Numbered from the stretch's first letter, positions 18,301 to 25,798 are shown. The stretch: DNA of 64,000 bases from a virus (IMGVR_UViG_2786546905_000002:1-64000), one strand, 5' to 3'. The notes: generated by a model not told the origin, from the sequence alone. Numbers and translations are program-made.

Positions 18301-19093
18301 ACAAGAGTACTTACTGTTTAGCAGCTTCACCAAACTTGTCGCCAGCGACCCAACGCGCCCTAAGCGACTGGCAGAGGTTGCCACGGCCATGAAGAAATAC
18401 AAACCAACGTCTGACCATCACCTCATTAAGGTGGTCGATAGTCTGTACTCTGGTGACGTTCAAGAGGCCATGCTGCAGGTGTGTGCTGACCTCCACGCAA
18501 TTGGCTACAAGTCGTTTGATTCTGGTGATGGCCTGCTGGTGGCTGAAAGCTGGGACTTTACTCGCGCCAAGGGCAACTTTGGATCCATGTTCATGGGTTA
18601 CGGTAGCAGCGGCATCGACCGCCAAACGTTCATTGATAAGTACCTCACTGCAGAAGCGATGAAGCCAACGCCGGTTGTCGTGACAGAAAAGCAAGCTGAG
18701 AAGCTGGAGAACATCGACGGCTTTGACGCTGGCTCTGTTGATACGTTCGCAGAGGCCGTATCTCAACTAGGCATCGAAGTGAAGACGCTAACGCAAGATA
18801 TTCCTAAATGGTCATTCCAACGTAATGGCCGTGGTAAGCGCTACGGTGGTCAGCCAATGGAAGCATTTAAGTTCATTGGCCTTATGAGCAACGAACGCGG
18901 CGGCGGCCCACTGAAAGAGCTCCTAGCTGGCAACCGATCATTGAAAGCTGAGCTCGATGCGAAGTTCATCCCAGCGGGGGCGTTCGTAGAGTATGGCTTT
19001 GAGGGTGGCTGGTGGTTCATTAATGCAAGCAGCGACCTAGCCAGCCTAGCCGATCAGTTATTTGATACTGCAGGCGTATCAAAAGCGGCGTAA
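12350..19093 (+). CDS. darB: DarB anti-restriction protein: N6-adenine methyltransferase plus SF2/SNF2 helicase (ORF track start 12326)
   Basis: EPSAGVG motif I, NPPY motif IV, LGTGLGKT Walker A, DEAH, QRNGRGAR motif VI; GGAGG RBS before ATG 12350. Confidence 0.95.
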   Translation: MDKAIIQAIDSTRNIDELVAQFETLLKVDLSNTPTGKKRIAANQKAKDILAKYNGDYSNVSPEDKAALRDYTGFGGIGGSTNEYYTPKWVAEAVWESLRSYGFDGGSVLEPSAGVGVFSETKPANALNTSVEMDPTSAAINQILHQDDHVINSGFEAVANDPSVGNFDAVIGNPPYGVRDASANDDREYKNIKYADQYFVTRSIDKARAGGLIALVLPTRIVESGNLKKWRTSIALKAEFLGAHRLPTGTFADTGVVTDLVIWRKHSEAGQELIDNASKEALEQSGVLWDTWLTGKWFKREGKKFINGEESTQGAGKFARKVVDRGNRSNMDIKEALTRRFDSHIDWDSLDSNVEPPASTKYDDGDTIFRNGLQFEMQDGEWIESENNAKRGNVDKSTYGVTHSDDLQAATYSIDSMMNLTASQALKAYEDFPYLCHDDFKAVVRSIAKLPQGQQELAYKGVLLGRKVKTLSTMVAGGRSRSKTELLHAAVNSEEQSIADYRTRLGGQITELNALMGNSHISQKELAKLDESFISDWHSYKSSIDNSGKLSDLLTGDLRVEHTNQYNSSRMADVLHFCERELGHTSLTLDEIRVYYTAPDIANLSDDQLLEKLALMDEVAINNDGSIQAMHRACSGHVGRRIEALQNQLSVATSDNVKANYMRQLETIEAKRNKISLDEVKVKLTDNWIPRHIMLEFLQDSGYVDFELGEWEENEFTYIDDDGEEKTSVEREFVQSETGTQFSGYRWRDGKKRNAGDEAFERQIESYINEGKVRGGGDNAEKSLVRSKIRSLDDEFTNWLAASDHSDELEEQYNNTFNNWIKPEFDGSDLGLEGVSGAIEFMPYQNSTIRRHSADGNGILALGTGLGKTLTGLGLIQHNLSTKRASRVGVVVPKSTLENWFYESDLFFGEENLSDKIFVGLDVAKDKNGTIERETVLDENGDPRLDKKGEPIKRAKLKVVTNGKKIAEQLHAVTQSTARIVVMTKDVYGRIPMKPETISENVMEMKEAGLIAGSHKLVKDAQNHRDKEKNARFENKFSDDGTAKNETLPYFEDLLFDSVMVDEAHDFRNSYKGGSYRNNLAFLPSQAQANRAIDMQLKNNLVKARNDGNGIYFLTATPTVNSPVDMFNMLSHIVPAETFAKMGIFDSDDFIRMFGKTGEALVTKLSGEVESKEALLGFQNLDALRNIVNRYMTMEDAKSVGAEVHIPDLIAATSKVQMNDEQEALYEELRHRADAISNPDEPENQEIVEQYPNDTVFGLIRKMDKVSTDLDLYHERVTYRFSKTKMNDVQAALDALPSTVTILVEEVTDSGEVKFKKKAVKLEKEIVVEGKHAVVRLRQEFADQFVDMLDKGKIKYSHPVSPKYAKFLDKAKEVYMAGGKQLVFSEEKSQHKKLAKIIADHTGCKMSEIGILNSDTVAGKKGSKASEDDQEAGLEAMAKSYNTSKYKFMILNKKGEVGINLHHGTTDIHHLTLPWTPMSITQRNGRGARVGSKQASVNVHYYTSKGSFDDFRLATITRKANWIETMFKGDEKFVANADADSSGETAIMLAADPEEAKRRIEASKREAERKQKAEKVRQTSISMNKFIHATNQLNVDLDEISSEITELESKLEEQAEKVEKTRANADGAKSNSYEYRQYTRAKSDHHETQKRLTTLNRARDNQKKAANTLKKLTPSIQNEINEGNLKDYPDFLTHPELYLVKNGKIVRQGYTYKVKTKERSWDLDYVNDSIMTIQKLDRKSGTVNGLLVEENGKEVSRGNNAHPIEQVFELANVDQSRAELEAKALTGVSLADTCKVFDRETYFELVEAGKIKRYGFESNCLIKTADGYKTPYGFKHSAEEPLVYPDATDKAVFKGLLAQIVNELESKGRVQLSSSILTHFLGRNWEEMAKEQGKKADEQDVIERITLEIKKFETDNQALYNQALLKAESTYHGSIEFFKALEKYIDDLNWKGYVNRTEIVTFKRRQMTRYGETLKERSAQHIAEQEYLLFSSFTKLVASDPTRPKRLAEVATAMKKYKPTSDHHLIKVVDSLYSGDVQEAMLQVCADLHAIGYKSFDSGDGLLVAESWDFTRAKGNFGSMFMGYGSSGIDRQTFIDKYLTAEAMKPTPVVVTEKQAEKLENIDGFDAGSVDTFAEAVSQLGIEVKTLTQDIPKWSFQRNGRGKRYGGQPMEAFKFIGLMSNERGGGPLKELLAGNRSLKAELDAKFIPAGAFVEYGFEGGWWFINASSDLASLADQLFDTAGVSKAA

Positions 19094-19149
19094 CTTAAAA
19101 TTTCGCATGCGAAAATGTGGAGAGATTCGCTAGAATTTCGCATGCGGAA
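19094..19149. repeat. Dar-associated palindrome copies 2 and 3 (35-bp tandem unit)
   Basis: TTTCGCATGCGAAA at 19101-19114 and TTTCGCATGCGGAA at 19136-19149, each followed by TGGAGAGA. Confidence 0.95.
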
Positions 19150-19151
19150 AC

Positions 19152-19580
19152 TTGGAGAGAAAAATGATTACTCAAGTACAACTGCCAACACAGGCACAGA
19201 TAAAGTCATTGGTTGATGAAGCCACCAGCAAGGTAGGCCGTGAGGTTTTCTTGGAGAATAACCTGCGCGGCATTAAGACGATGTTAGACAGTAACCCTAG
19301 TCTGTATCATCACTATGGCCCGTATTGGTGGGCCGTTAAGGGCTTGCTGGTCGCCAATGGGGTTTTAGATGGCCAAGAAGACGAGCCAATCACACGCGAG
19401 CACTTTAAGTTTGATGATCCGATTTATACATTGTGTGCGGCTTGGGCTTACCACCAGCATCAAATCGAAAGCATGGTGATTAATACCAACCTGCACTATT
19501 TTGACTTGGACGGCGAACCATACGAATATGCACTTGAAGATCTAGAAATGGAAACGTGGGCGAAAAGTAGAAAGCGTTAG
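19152..19580 (+). CDS. ulx: Ulx-like Dar accessory protein
   Basis: NPSLYHHYGPYWWAVKGLL resembles recalled P1 Ulx NPRLYRSYGPYWPEIKKLL; directly downstream of darB. Confidence 0.85.
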   Translation: MERKMITQVQLPTQAQIKSLVDEATSKVGREVFLENNLRGIKTMLDSNPSLYHHYGPYWWAVKGLLVANGVLDGQEDEPITREHFKFDDPIYTLCAAWAYHQHQIESMVINTNLHYFDLDGEPYEYALEDLEMETWAKSRKR

Positions 19581-19584
19581 CCGA

Positions 19585-19600
19585 TTTTCGCATGCGAAAA
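19585..19600. repeat. Dar-associated palindrome copy 4
   Basis: TTTTCGCATGCGAAAA, 16-bp perfect palindrome 4 nt after the ulx stop. Confidence 0.95.
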
Positions 19601-19610
19601 CTGAGCATTA

Positions 19611-19652
19611 AAGGGGGGTGTTTGTGGTGAACAGCCCCCTTGTTTTTTTTGG
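19611..19652. repeat. Left copy of ~40-bp inverted repeat enclosing the rep-par module (also terminator-like)
   Basis: Reverse complement aligns with 23678-23717 (core TGTTCACCACAAA identical). Confidence 0.85.
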
Positions 19653-19717
19653 TAAATCTAATTTATCTATTTAGATACAACTACTTAGAGTGGTTTTTAA
19701 CGTGGTGCAAAAATCAC

Positions 19718-19824
19718 GGTAAATTTGTCACGACTAGGTGTGCTAAGGTAAATCTGTCACGACTTGAGCGCCAGAGTGATGTTTACGGTAAATTTGTCAC
19801 GGTTGGGCGGTAGATCTGTCACGA
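19718..19824. repeat. Four iterons downstream of repA (incA-like copy-control locus)
   Basis: GGTA(A/G)AT(C/T)TGTCACG at 19718, 19747, 19787, 19809. Confidence 0.92.
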
Positions 19825-19864
19825 TGCGTGTAGCCTGCGCATCCACAGACCACACGTTGAAACA

Positions 19865-20767
19865 CTATAAGGCTCTCAATGCTTCGATTGCATCTTCACA
19901 TAACTGGCCGCCAGATAAAGAAAACTCTGTTAGGTTCTTTTTTAAAACCTGCAGTTCCTTTTTGGTTACGTCCTCTTTGGCCACCAGCTTGCTATGAATC
20001 ACTTGAGCTTGCTCTAGTGGCGTCAGCTCTTCCTCGATCACTTTGGTAGATTTGTCACGAATGATGCTATCCCACTCAAAGTTTATGTATATTTCACCGT
20101 TGCGCTTTTCTTCGGTGTATCTCAGCTTAATATCTGTTTTCTTTGCAATGTCCTCAACCGATGGCTTAAGGAAACGGCGTCTAAAGTCGCTCATACGCTC
20201 GTAAGACTTTGGCAAGCAATAACGGTCAATCATCCACTGAACAGTGAACGACACGCTATTGCGGCGGTTAGACCATTGCTTGATTGACTCATACAGCCTC
20301 ATCGAGTGGCCAGAGCCAAGTTCACCAGCGTCACCAATCAGGAACTTAGTAAAATCAGATTTCACCTCTGTGATGATGCTTATCAGCTCCGCATTGAAAT
20401 AGAACGTCGTTACACCACGCTTAGGACGATGAGAGCGCTTAACCATCCAAGTAAAGCTGTCATAGGCCTTGTCCTCGTCGGTGTCCTCATCAGGAAGATA
20501 AAACACAACCTCTTTCCCTTTCATAGCGCTAGCAGCTGCAGCAATCTCTTTGCTGGCGTTCTCGCTATTGAACAACGAAGCATAACGGTTCGTTTCTATA
20601 TCGACACTTACATGCCCGAACTCGGTTTTCTTGTAGTCGACGGGATTATCTAGAAAGTGTTTCAGCGCAATATAAAGGATCCGCTTTTCATTTCTACCAA
20701 GGCTATAGGCTGCTGTAGTCAGCGCGTTAGACTGGCGAAGCACATCCTGTTTTGTGATCTGTGACAT
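19865..20767 (-). CDS. repA: Plasmid replication initiator, Rep_3/RepB family
   Basis: VLRQSNALTTAAYSLGRNEKRIL...HSMRLYESIKQW...Y.RMSDFRRRFLKPSVEDI; flanked by iterons. Confidence 0.95.
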   Translation of the reverse strand: MSQITKQDVLRQSNALTTAAYSLGRNEKRILYIALKHFLDNPVDYKKTEFGHVSVDIETNRYASLFNSENASKEIAAAASAMKGKEVVFYLPDEDTDEDKAYDSFTWMVKRSHRPKRGVTTFYFNAELISIITEVKSDFTKFLIGDAGELGSGHSMRLYESIKQWSNRRNSVSFTVQWMIDRYCLPKSYERMSDFRRRFLKPSVEDIAKKTDIKLRYTEEKRNGEIYINFEWDSIIRDKSTKVIEEELTPLEQAQVIHSKLVAKEDVTKKELQVLKKNLTEFSLSGGQLCEDAIEALRAL

Positions 20768-20780
20768 ATCTACCTTAAAA

Positions 20781-20809
20781 ATCGTGACAAGTTATTCTGT
20801 TGTCACGAT
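20781..20809. promoter_or_regulatory. Inverted half-iteron operator (repA autorepression)
   Basis: ATCGTGACAA-9 nt-TTGTCACGAT immediately upstream of the repA RBS. Confidence 0.75.
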
Positions 20810-20886
20810 AGTTGGTATTCAGAAACAAAACAACTATTCATTTCAATAATTGAGAGAATAAATACACACACCAAGGCTATCTTTTC

Positions 20887-20997
20887 GGTAAATCTGTCAC
20901 GAAATAGCGGTAGATCTGTCACGAATTGGGGTAAATCTGTCACGAAATACGAGGGTTAACGGTAGATGCGTCACGGCGCACGGTAGAACTGTCACGT
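20887..20997. repeat. Five origin iterons (incC-like)
   Basis: GGTA(A/G)A..TGTCACG at 20887, 20909, 20930, 20961, 20982 (spacing 22/21/31/21). Confidence 0.93.
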
Positions 20998-21039
20998 AAA
21001 AGTAATGTAAGTCCATGAATGCAATAGCTTTTGCCAACC

Positions 21040-21139
21040 TAAGAAGATCTTAAGAAGATCCTAATAAGAGTTAAAAACTATTGTAATAATGAATGTGGGT
21101 AAAAGGGATAACTCTATGAGTGGCTTAAAGTTATCCACA
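21040..21139. promoter_or_regulatory. Plasmid origin: TAAGAAGATC repeats, AT-rich tract and DnaA boxes
   Basis: TAAGAAGATC x2 at 21040-21060; TGTGGGTAA 21094-21102; consensus TTATCCACA 21131-21139. Confidence 0.8.
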
Positions 21140-21184
21140 TAATTAAAATCAAATGCAACAAGTGAAACGTATTTGATGATTTAT

Positions 21185-21203
21185 AATTGAAATCGTTTCA
21201 ATT
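21185..21203. promoter_or_regulatory. Inverted repeat in the parA promoter (par operator candidate)
   Basis: AATTGAAA-tcg-TTTCAATT upstream of parA. Confidence 0.6.
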
Positions 21204-21246
21204 GGGGTATATATTTATCTCAACCTAAATAAATTGAGAGCATCCC

Positions 21247-22497
21247 ATGCGTGAATTAGATCGACTGCAGCAAATCGCGGAAAACATGAAATCTGAGCAA
21301 TTAACCCATAAAGAACTGATTGCACAGCGTACTCATATCAACGTTTCAGACGAAGAGATCGACGGTATGGATAGACTTATCTATAACCACTCTCTGAATA
21401 AAAAAAGTTTCCGTGAGTTCATGAAACTTGCTCCTGTCACCTTTCAAAATCGCATTCAAAAAGAGATTGATGATGGCGTGATTCCAGAGCCGATCTATCA
21501 AAATAAACAACACCTGTTTACACGCATGCACATTCAAACCCTAATGGACCACTGGGGGATGCCGAAATACAGCGACCAGTATGAACCTAGAGCTATTGCG
21601 ATTGAAAACCAAAAGGGCGGCACTGGAAAATCCTCGACCTCTGCAATACTTGCTACAGCTTCGGCTTTAGACTTACAAACCAACGCTAAAGTGTTACTGA
21701 TTGACCTTGATTCTCAAGGTACGCTGGGCCAAAGCATGATCTCAACGAATGTAGACGACGATGCTATCTATCTAACTGCAGTTGATATCGCACTAGGTAA
21801 AAAAGAATCAACGGGCGACTACGCGAACCTTGTTCAGAATGGTTACACCGACCGTGAAATCATTCTGAATGCCCCTTTTAGCACGCATTTACCAAACTTA
21901 GACGTGATGCCTGCGTTCAGTACCGATGAACGCTTTCATGACTTATTCTGGCAGGCCCAGACCGACGAAGAAAAGAACCAGTTGGTGAGTCGCTTTGCGC
22001 ATGAAGTTATTCCAGTGCTTAAAGAAAAATACGACTTAATCATCATAGATACACCACCACAAGAGTCGCCGTTAATTTGGATGGTGAACGAAGCAATTGA
22101 TTGTTTGCTAGTTCCTATTTCTCCGCGTGAATACGACTTTGCAGCTACCGCGAACTATCTTTTGACCACGCACGCACGATTTGAGGGATTACCGTCGAAT
22201 GGTAATAACTTACTTTGGAGCCGTGTACTTATTGTTAATCATGATGAGAAAAGCCCGTCCGAACTGGACGTAATCGACAAACTAAGCCGTACAGTTCAAG
22301 ACCGTTTGCTTTCTACTTACATCGTACATTCTGAATTGGTTGCTGCAGCTGCAGAACTTAACCGAACCGCATTAGATGTGGCCAAGTCAGAAAAGCTCGT
22401 ACCGCCTAGAAAGTATGATGATGCAATGACGTCAATTAACTCTGTTTATAAGCAGTTCATTCGTGAAATTAAATCTATCTCAGTGAGAGGAAAATAA
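21247..22497 (+). CDS. parA: Partition ATPase ParA (type Ia)
   Basis: N-terminal HTH extension, deviant Walker A NQKGGTGKS, LLIDLDSQG, IIIDTPP. Confidence 0.97.
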   Translation: MRELDRLQQIAENMKSEQLTHKELIAQRTHINVSDEEIDGMDRLIYNHSLNKKSFREFMKLAPVTFQNRIQKEIDDGVIPEPIYQNKQHLFTRMHIQTLMDHWGMPKYSDQYEPRAIAIENQKGGTGKSSTSAILATASALDLQTNAKVLLIDLDSQGTLGQSMISTNVDDDAIYLTAVDIALGKKESTGDYANLVQNGYTDREIILNAPFSTHLPNLDVMPAFSTDERFHDLFWQAQTDEEKNQLVSRFAHEVIPVLKEKYDLIIIDTPPQESPLIWMVNEAIDCLLVPISPREYDFAATANYLLTTHARFEGLPSNGNNLLWSRVLIVNHDEKSPSELDVIDKLSRTVQDRLLSTYIVHSELVAAAAELNRTALDVAKSEKLVPPRKYDDAMTSINSVYKQFIREIKSISVRGK

Positions 22498-22498
22498 G

Positions 22499-23521
22499 AT
22501 GAATCAAAACTGGGACCGTAAAGTTAGTAAGAATCAATTGTTAGGTAAGGCAGGCTTGAGCACAGTTAGCCAAGGAAACAAACTGTCTACCTCAAAAACC
22601 AGCAATATGAAAAGCTATAAGCTTGAGAACGGGGCAGTCGAGGCTATACGCCGCGTTATACCGGCGTCTGAGGTGGCCGCTAAGACGGCGGTTCACCCTT
22701 TGAACCCTCGTAACCAAGAAGCCTTAAACCCCACGTCTGTGGCCAACACGTTGGCGTCTATCGAGAAAAATGAAATTGATACCGATTGTTTGGGTATTTG
22801 GTCAGACGATAATAAAGTCATTCTGATCATTGAGGGCAGCGTTCGCCGTTACTGTGCGATTGAGGCTCAAAAAGAATACCCTGTTTGGGTACTTCCAGCT
22901 GGTAGCGCGACCAACAAAGACATACGTCGTTTAATCAACGATGCCGAAGACGGCAAGAAACCGCATTCTCTGAGAGAAAAAGGCGGGGCTTACATGAAAG
23001 AAGCGTTAGAGCTCAACAAAGACGCTGAGAACTTGAAAGTAGATGATGTGGCCAAACTTATCGGGGTAGGGCGTGAAACGGTTAGAAAGGCGCTGCAAGC
23101 TTACACTCTGGATATTTCGCTATTAAAACTGCTTCCCGATTATGAGGGCGTATCAGGCGGTATTTACCCTGAACTATCTAAGATTGAAAAGGCCGTTAAG
23201 AAAGCCGACATAGCTATGAAAGATTTTGTTGATGCGGTAAAAGCGCACGCTACCTATCAAGCTGTTTTAGAGAATCAATCCACTGGCTCAGCTCAAAAAG
23301 CTGTCGTTAAAGTCATTCAAGATCAGCTCCAAAAGATGACGAACAAACGAACTGCAAATAAAGCTGAAAATTTTGAATTAGCGTCGTTCTCAGACCGTAA
23401 TAAATCGGCAAAGATGAAAGTCTCTGCAGACGGTCGAAAACATACCATTGAATTGAGTCGGATTGAGAAATCCATCGTTGATGACATAGAAAATTTCATC
23501 CGAGAAAGGCTGAAACAATAG
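22499..23521 (+). CDS. parB: Partition protein ParB
   Basis: IIEGSVRRYCA CTPase motif, HTH DDVAKLIGVGRETVRKAL; coupled to parA. Confidence 0.95.
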   Translation: MNQNWDRKVSKNQLLGKAGLSTVSQGNKLSTSKTSNMKSYKLENGAVEAIRRVIPASEVAAKTAVHPLNPRNQEALNPTSVANTLASIEKNEIDTDCLGIWSDDNKVILIIEGSVRRYCAIEAQKEYPVWVLPAGSATNKDIRRLINDAEDGKKPHSLREKGGAYMKEALELNKDAENLKVDDVAKLIGVGRETVRKALQAYTLDISLLKLLPDYEGVSGGIYPELSKIEKAVKKADIAMKDFVDAVKAHATYQAVLENQSTGSAQKAVVKVIQDQLQKMTNKRTANKAENFELASFSDRNKSAKMKVSADGRKHTIELSRIEKSIVDDIENFIRERLKQ

Positions 23522-23539
23522 CGCTAAAATCACCAAAAG

Positions 23540-23568
23540 AACCATGGCCAAACGCCATGGTTTTTTTT
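23540..23568 (+). terminator. parAB terminator
   Basis: AACCATGG-ccaaacg-CCATGGTTTTTTTT. Confidence 0.75.
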
Positions 23569-23572
23569 ATTT

Positions 23573-23717
23573 TTGCACCACAAGTTATCCTTGTTTAAGT
23601 TGTTGTTTTATTTGGTTAAAGTCAGATTTCCCAAAAAAAACAACGGGGTTGTTTTTTTGGGGAACAAGGGTAGGCGGCAAAAAAACAATAGGGTTGTTCA
23701 CCACAAAAATCCCCCTT
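23573..23717. promoter_or_regulatory. Candidate parS centromere region, including right copy of the ~40-bp inverted repeat (23678-23717)
   Basis: Downstream of parB as in P1; CACCACAA boxes at 23576 and 23699; IR CCCAAAAAAAACAAC-GGG-GTTGTTTTTTTGGG 23630-23661. Confidence 0.55.
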
Positions 23718-23727
23718 GCTTTGGTCC

Positions 23728-25581
23728 TTATCGACCTGTTGCTGGTACGCTCATATCGCCCGTGCGTAACCACCATGCAAAATCAAATACACTCATGGCC
23801 ACCAGCGAACCAATACCATCCCAGCCCTCGGAATAGTTCGACAAATACGCTTCTTTCGCTTCACCTGCAGAATCAAAACCCAGCATTACTTTGTGTTCGT
23901 CAAAGTCGCCGTTGTCGTTCACTTGGTTCACGATAAAGACCTCTTTGCACTGCTGGTTGTGACCTAAAAATACATCAATCGGATCACCATCGGCCCCCAT
24001 CGTTCCGCTTATGTCACCGTAATGATTTTTTAGCTCAATGGACCATTGCTGGCCATTATCATCGGTACCCGCTCTTAAGCTGCCTTTTGGGTTCTCTATG
24101 GCAATCGCAAAGCCTGAAAATGTAAGTCGGCCCTTGCGGTAGTTCCCAGCTTCTTTTTGGGCGGCAGTAGGCTCTGGTAGATCGTTCTCTGGCGAAGTGG
24201 CAGCTTCATTCGCCATGCTATCAATTGATTCAAACATGAATCCAGCCTGCTGGCCGTCGCTCTCTAATTCTTGGTTAACGCGCCCTAAGATATCAATTAA
24301 AGTCGCTTGGCCACCGCCAAACATATCACCCATGGCTTGCCCTTGGTGCAACAACTCTTGGTTGATAGCTTCGGCCATAGCCTTAAATGCCGTCGCCATA
24401 CGTTTAGCGCTTCGATTATTGTTGGCAATGAAACGGGCCAAAGCTTCGGCCTCTGGATCGTTATCTCCGAACAAACCAGATTGCGCCAGTAGTTCGTCAA
24501 TGTTCTGACCTGAGTCTTTTGCTTGCCTTACTAGCTCAGTCGCTTTCACTAGTGATTCCAGTGCGTTCTCTGCCAGTGTCGGCTCTGACTGGTTGATATC
24601 AATAGCGTTAGCGACAAGGCCTACGGTTTGTTTATGCGCCTCCCCATTTAGATATTGCATTTCAACAAACGAACTGGCCGCACTGTTCATAGCATTTAAG
24701 ATATTGCGAATCTCTGGATCCGGTTCTTCGGACACAAGCTTAACCAGTTTTTCATTCTTATAGGCCTTGGCGAATACTGCGTTTTGCATACGCTCGATGA
24801 GCTGCTTAGTTGGGCGCCCATCTTCGGTAAGTAACCCAGCTGTTGAGTTATCCCCAATTTCAGTTAGGAAACTGTTTATAAAACCTTGGTTAGTTTGTGC
24901 GAGCAAGTTACCTGTTTCGCTTGGATTGAATAGAGCAATCATTTGGTCGTTGATGCGTTCAGCGTCCACCCACGCGGTTTCTGCAGCGCTCATTTGCTGC
25001 AAATCCGATAGGTTTGAATCACGGGCGAACTTAGCTCTATCGAGCTCAGTGATACGCTCACGAACCAGTACCGGCTCTTTCATGCTTTTAACGTCGTTAG
25101 CATCGAGATCAAAGCGTTCAGCATTATCAATCAGGTATTGGCGGTAGTGATCGGCTTTGCCTTGTTGGTAAGCACTGATCAACGCCATGGTTCGACCGTT
25201 GCCAGACTCCACCACGTTATCACCGCCGACAATTGGAGCACCATGGGAGCTTAGGCCGCTGTCAGTAAGCTGCTGCGGTCTTAAGTCGCTGGCCATCTTT
25301 GAGATTTGCAGTTTGGAAGATACGCGGGTGCGATCACGGGGCTGGAGCTCTTGAGGAAAGTCTGGGTTAATTCGACCATCTTGAGTGTTAGACGGCACCA
25401 AATCGGACGCTTCCACTAGCTTAAAGCCTGTTTCAACCTCATCACCTTTGGCTGTCACTACGTAGCTTGTACGGCCCGTGGATGGGGTAGGGGAGGGAGC
25501 CGATTCGGTTTGAGAACTTTTAACAATGTCACACAGCTCATTGATACTGGCTGCGGCGGCGATTTTTTCTTTTTTAGACAA
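23728..25581 (-). CDS. ddrB: DdrB-like polyvalent protein: ddrB-ParB-like domain plus C-terminal inorganic-pyrophosphatase-like domain (ORF track start 25593)
   Basis: NP.FPQELQPRDR...GAPIVG...VESGNGR; C-terminal AQKEAGNYRKG...IENPKGS.R...HYG......GADGDPIDVFLG...DEHKVMLGF; GGAGG RBS before TTG 25581. Confidence 0.85.
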   Translation of the reverse strand: MSKKEKIAAAASINELCDIVKSSQTESAPSPTPSTGRTSYVVTAKGDEVETGFKLVEASDLVPSNTQDGRINPDFPQELQPRDRTRVSSKLQISKMASDLRPQQLTDSGLSSHGAPIVGGDNVVESGNGRTMALISAYQQGKADHYRQYLIDNAERFDLDANDVKSMKEPVLVRERITELDRAKFARDSNLSDLQQMSAAETAWVDAERINDQMIALFNPSETGNLLAQTNQGFINSFLTEIGDNSTAGLLTEDGRPTKQLIERMQNAVFAKAYKNEKLVKLVSEEPDPEIRNILNAMNSAASSFVEMQYLNGEAHKQTVGLVANAIDINQSEPTLAENALESLVKATELVRQAKDSGQNIDELLAQSGLFGDNDPEAEALARFIANNNRSAKRMATAFKAMAEAINQELLHQGQAMGDMFGGGQATLIDILGRVNQELESDGQQAGFMFESIDSMANEAATSPENDLPEPTAAQKEAGNYRKGRLTFSGFAIAIENPKGSLRAGTDDNGQQWSIELKNHYGDISGTMGADGDPIDVFLGHNQQCKEVFIVNQVNDNGDFDEHKVMLGFDSAGEAKEAYLSNYSEGWDGIGSLVAMSVFDFAWWLRTGDMSVPATGR

Positions 25582-25610
25582 TGTAGCCTCCAAAGTATGG
25601 AAGCGGCGAA

Positions 25611-25626
25611 TTTTCGCATGCGAAAA
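25611..25626. repeat. Dar-associated palindrome copy 5
   Basis: TTTTCGCATGCGAAAA in the ddrB leader. Confidence 0.95.
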
Positions 25627-25644
25627 CTTTTGAGCGGGGAGTTC

Positions 25645-25785
25645 TCAAAGAGCTAGCAATAGTCGATGGAGTTCATCAGCGTATTGAACGCGTTCGGCTT
25701 TGGTAAGTTCTACGTTACTCGCTTGTTTCAGATAATACTCGCATCGGTGTTCGTGCCAAGCTTCATCTTCTTCCTGTTTACTCAT
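25645..25785 (-). CDS. Unannotated 46-aa ORF bracketed by two palindromes
   Basis: MSKQEEDEAWHEHRCEYYLKQASNVELTKAERVQYADELHRLLLAL; AGGA RBS; fills the gap between ddrA-like and ddrB. Confidence 0.6.
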   Translation of the reverse strand: MSKQEEDEAWHEHRCEYYLKQASNVELTKAERVQYADELHRLLLAL

Positions 25786-25798
25786 AATAGATCCTAAT

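Noticed and set aside
19650-19715. Possible loxP/dif-like resolution site next to the iterons
   Set aside because: Only a short imperfect inverted repeat; no 13-8-13 or XerC/D arm match, and no recombinase in the window
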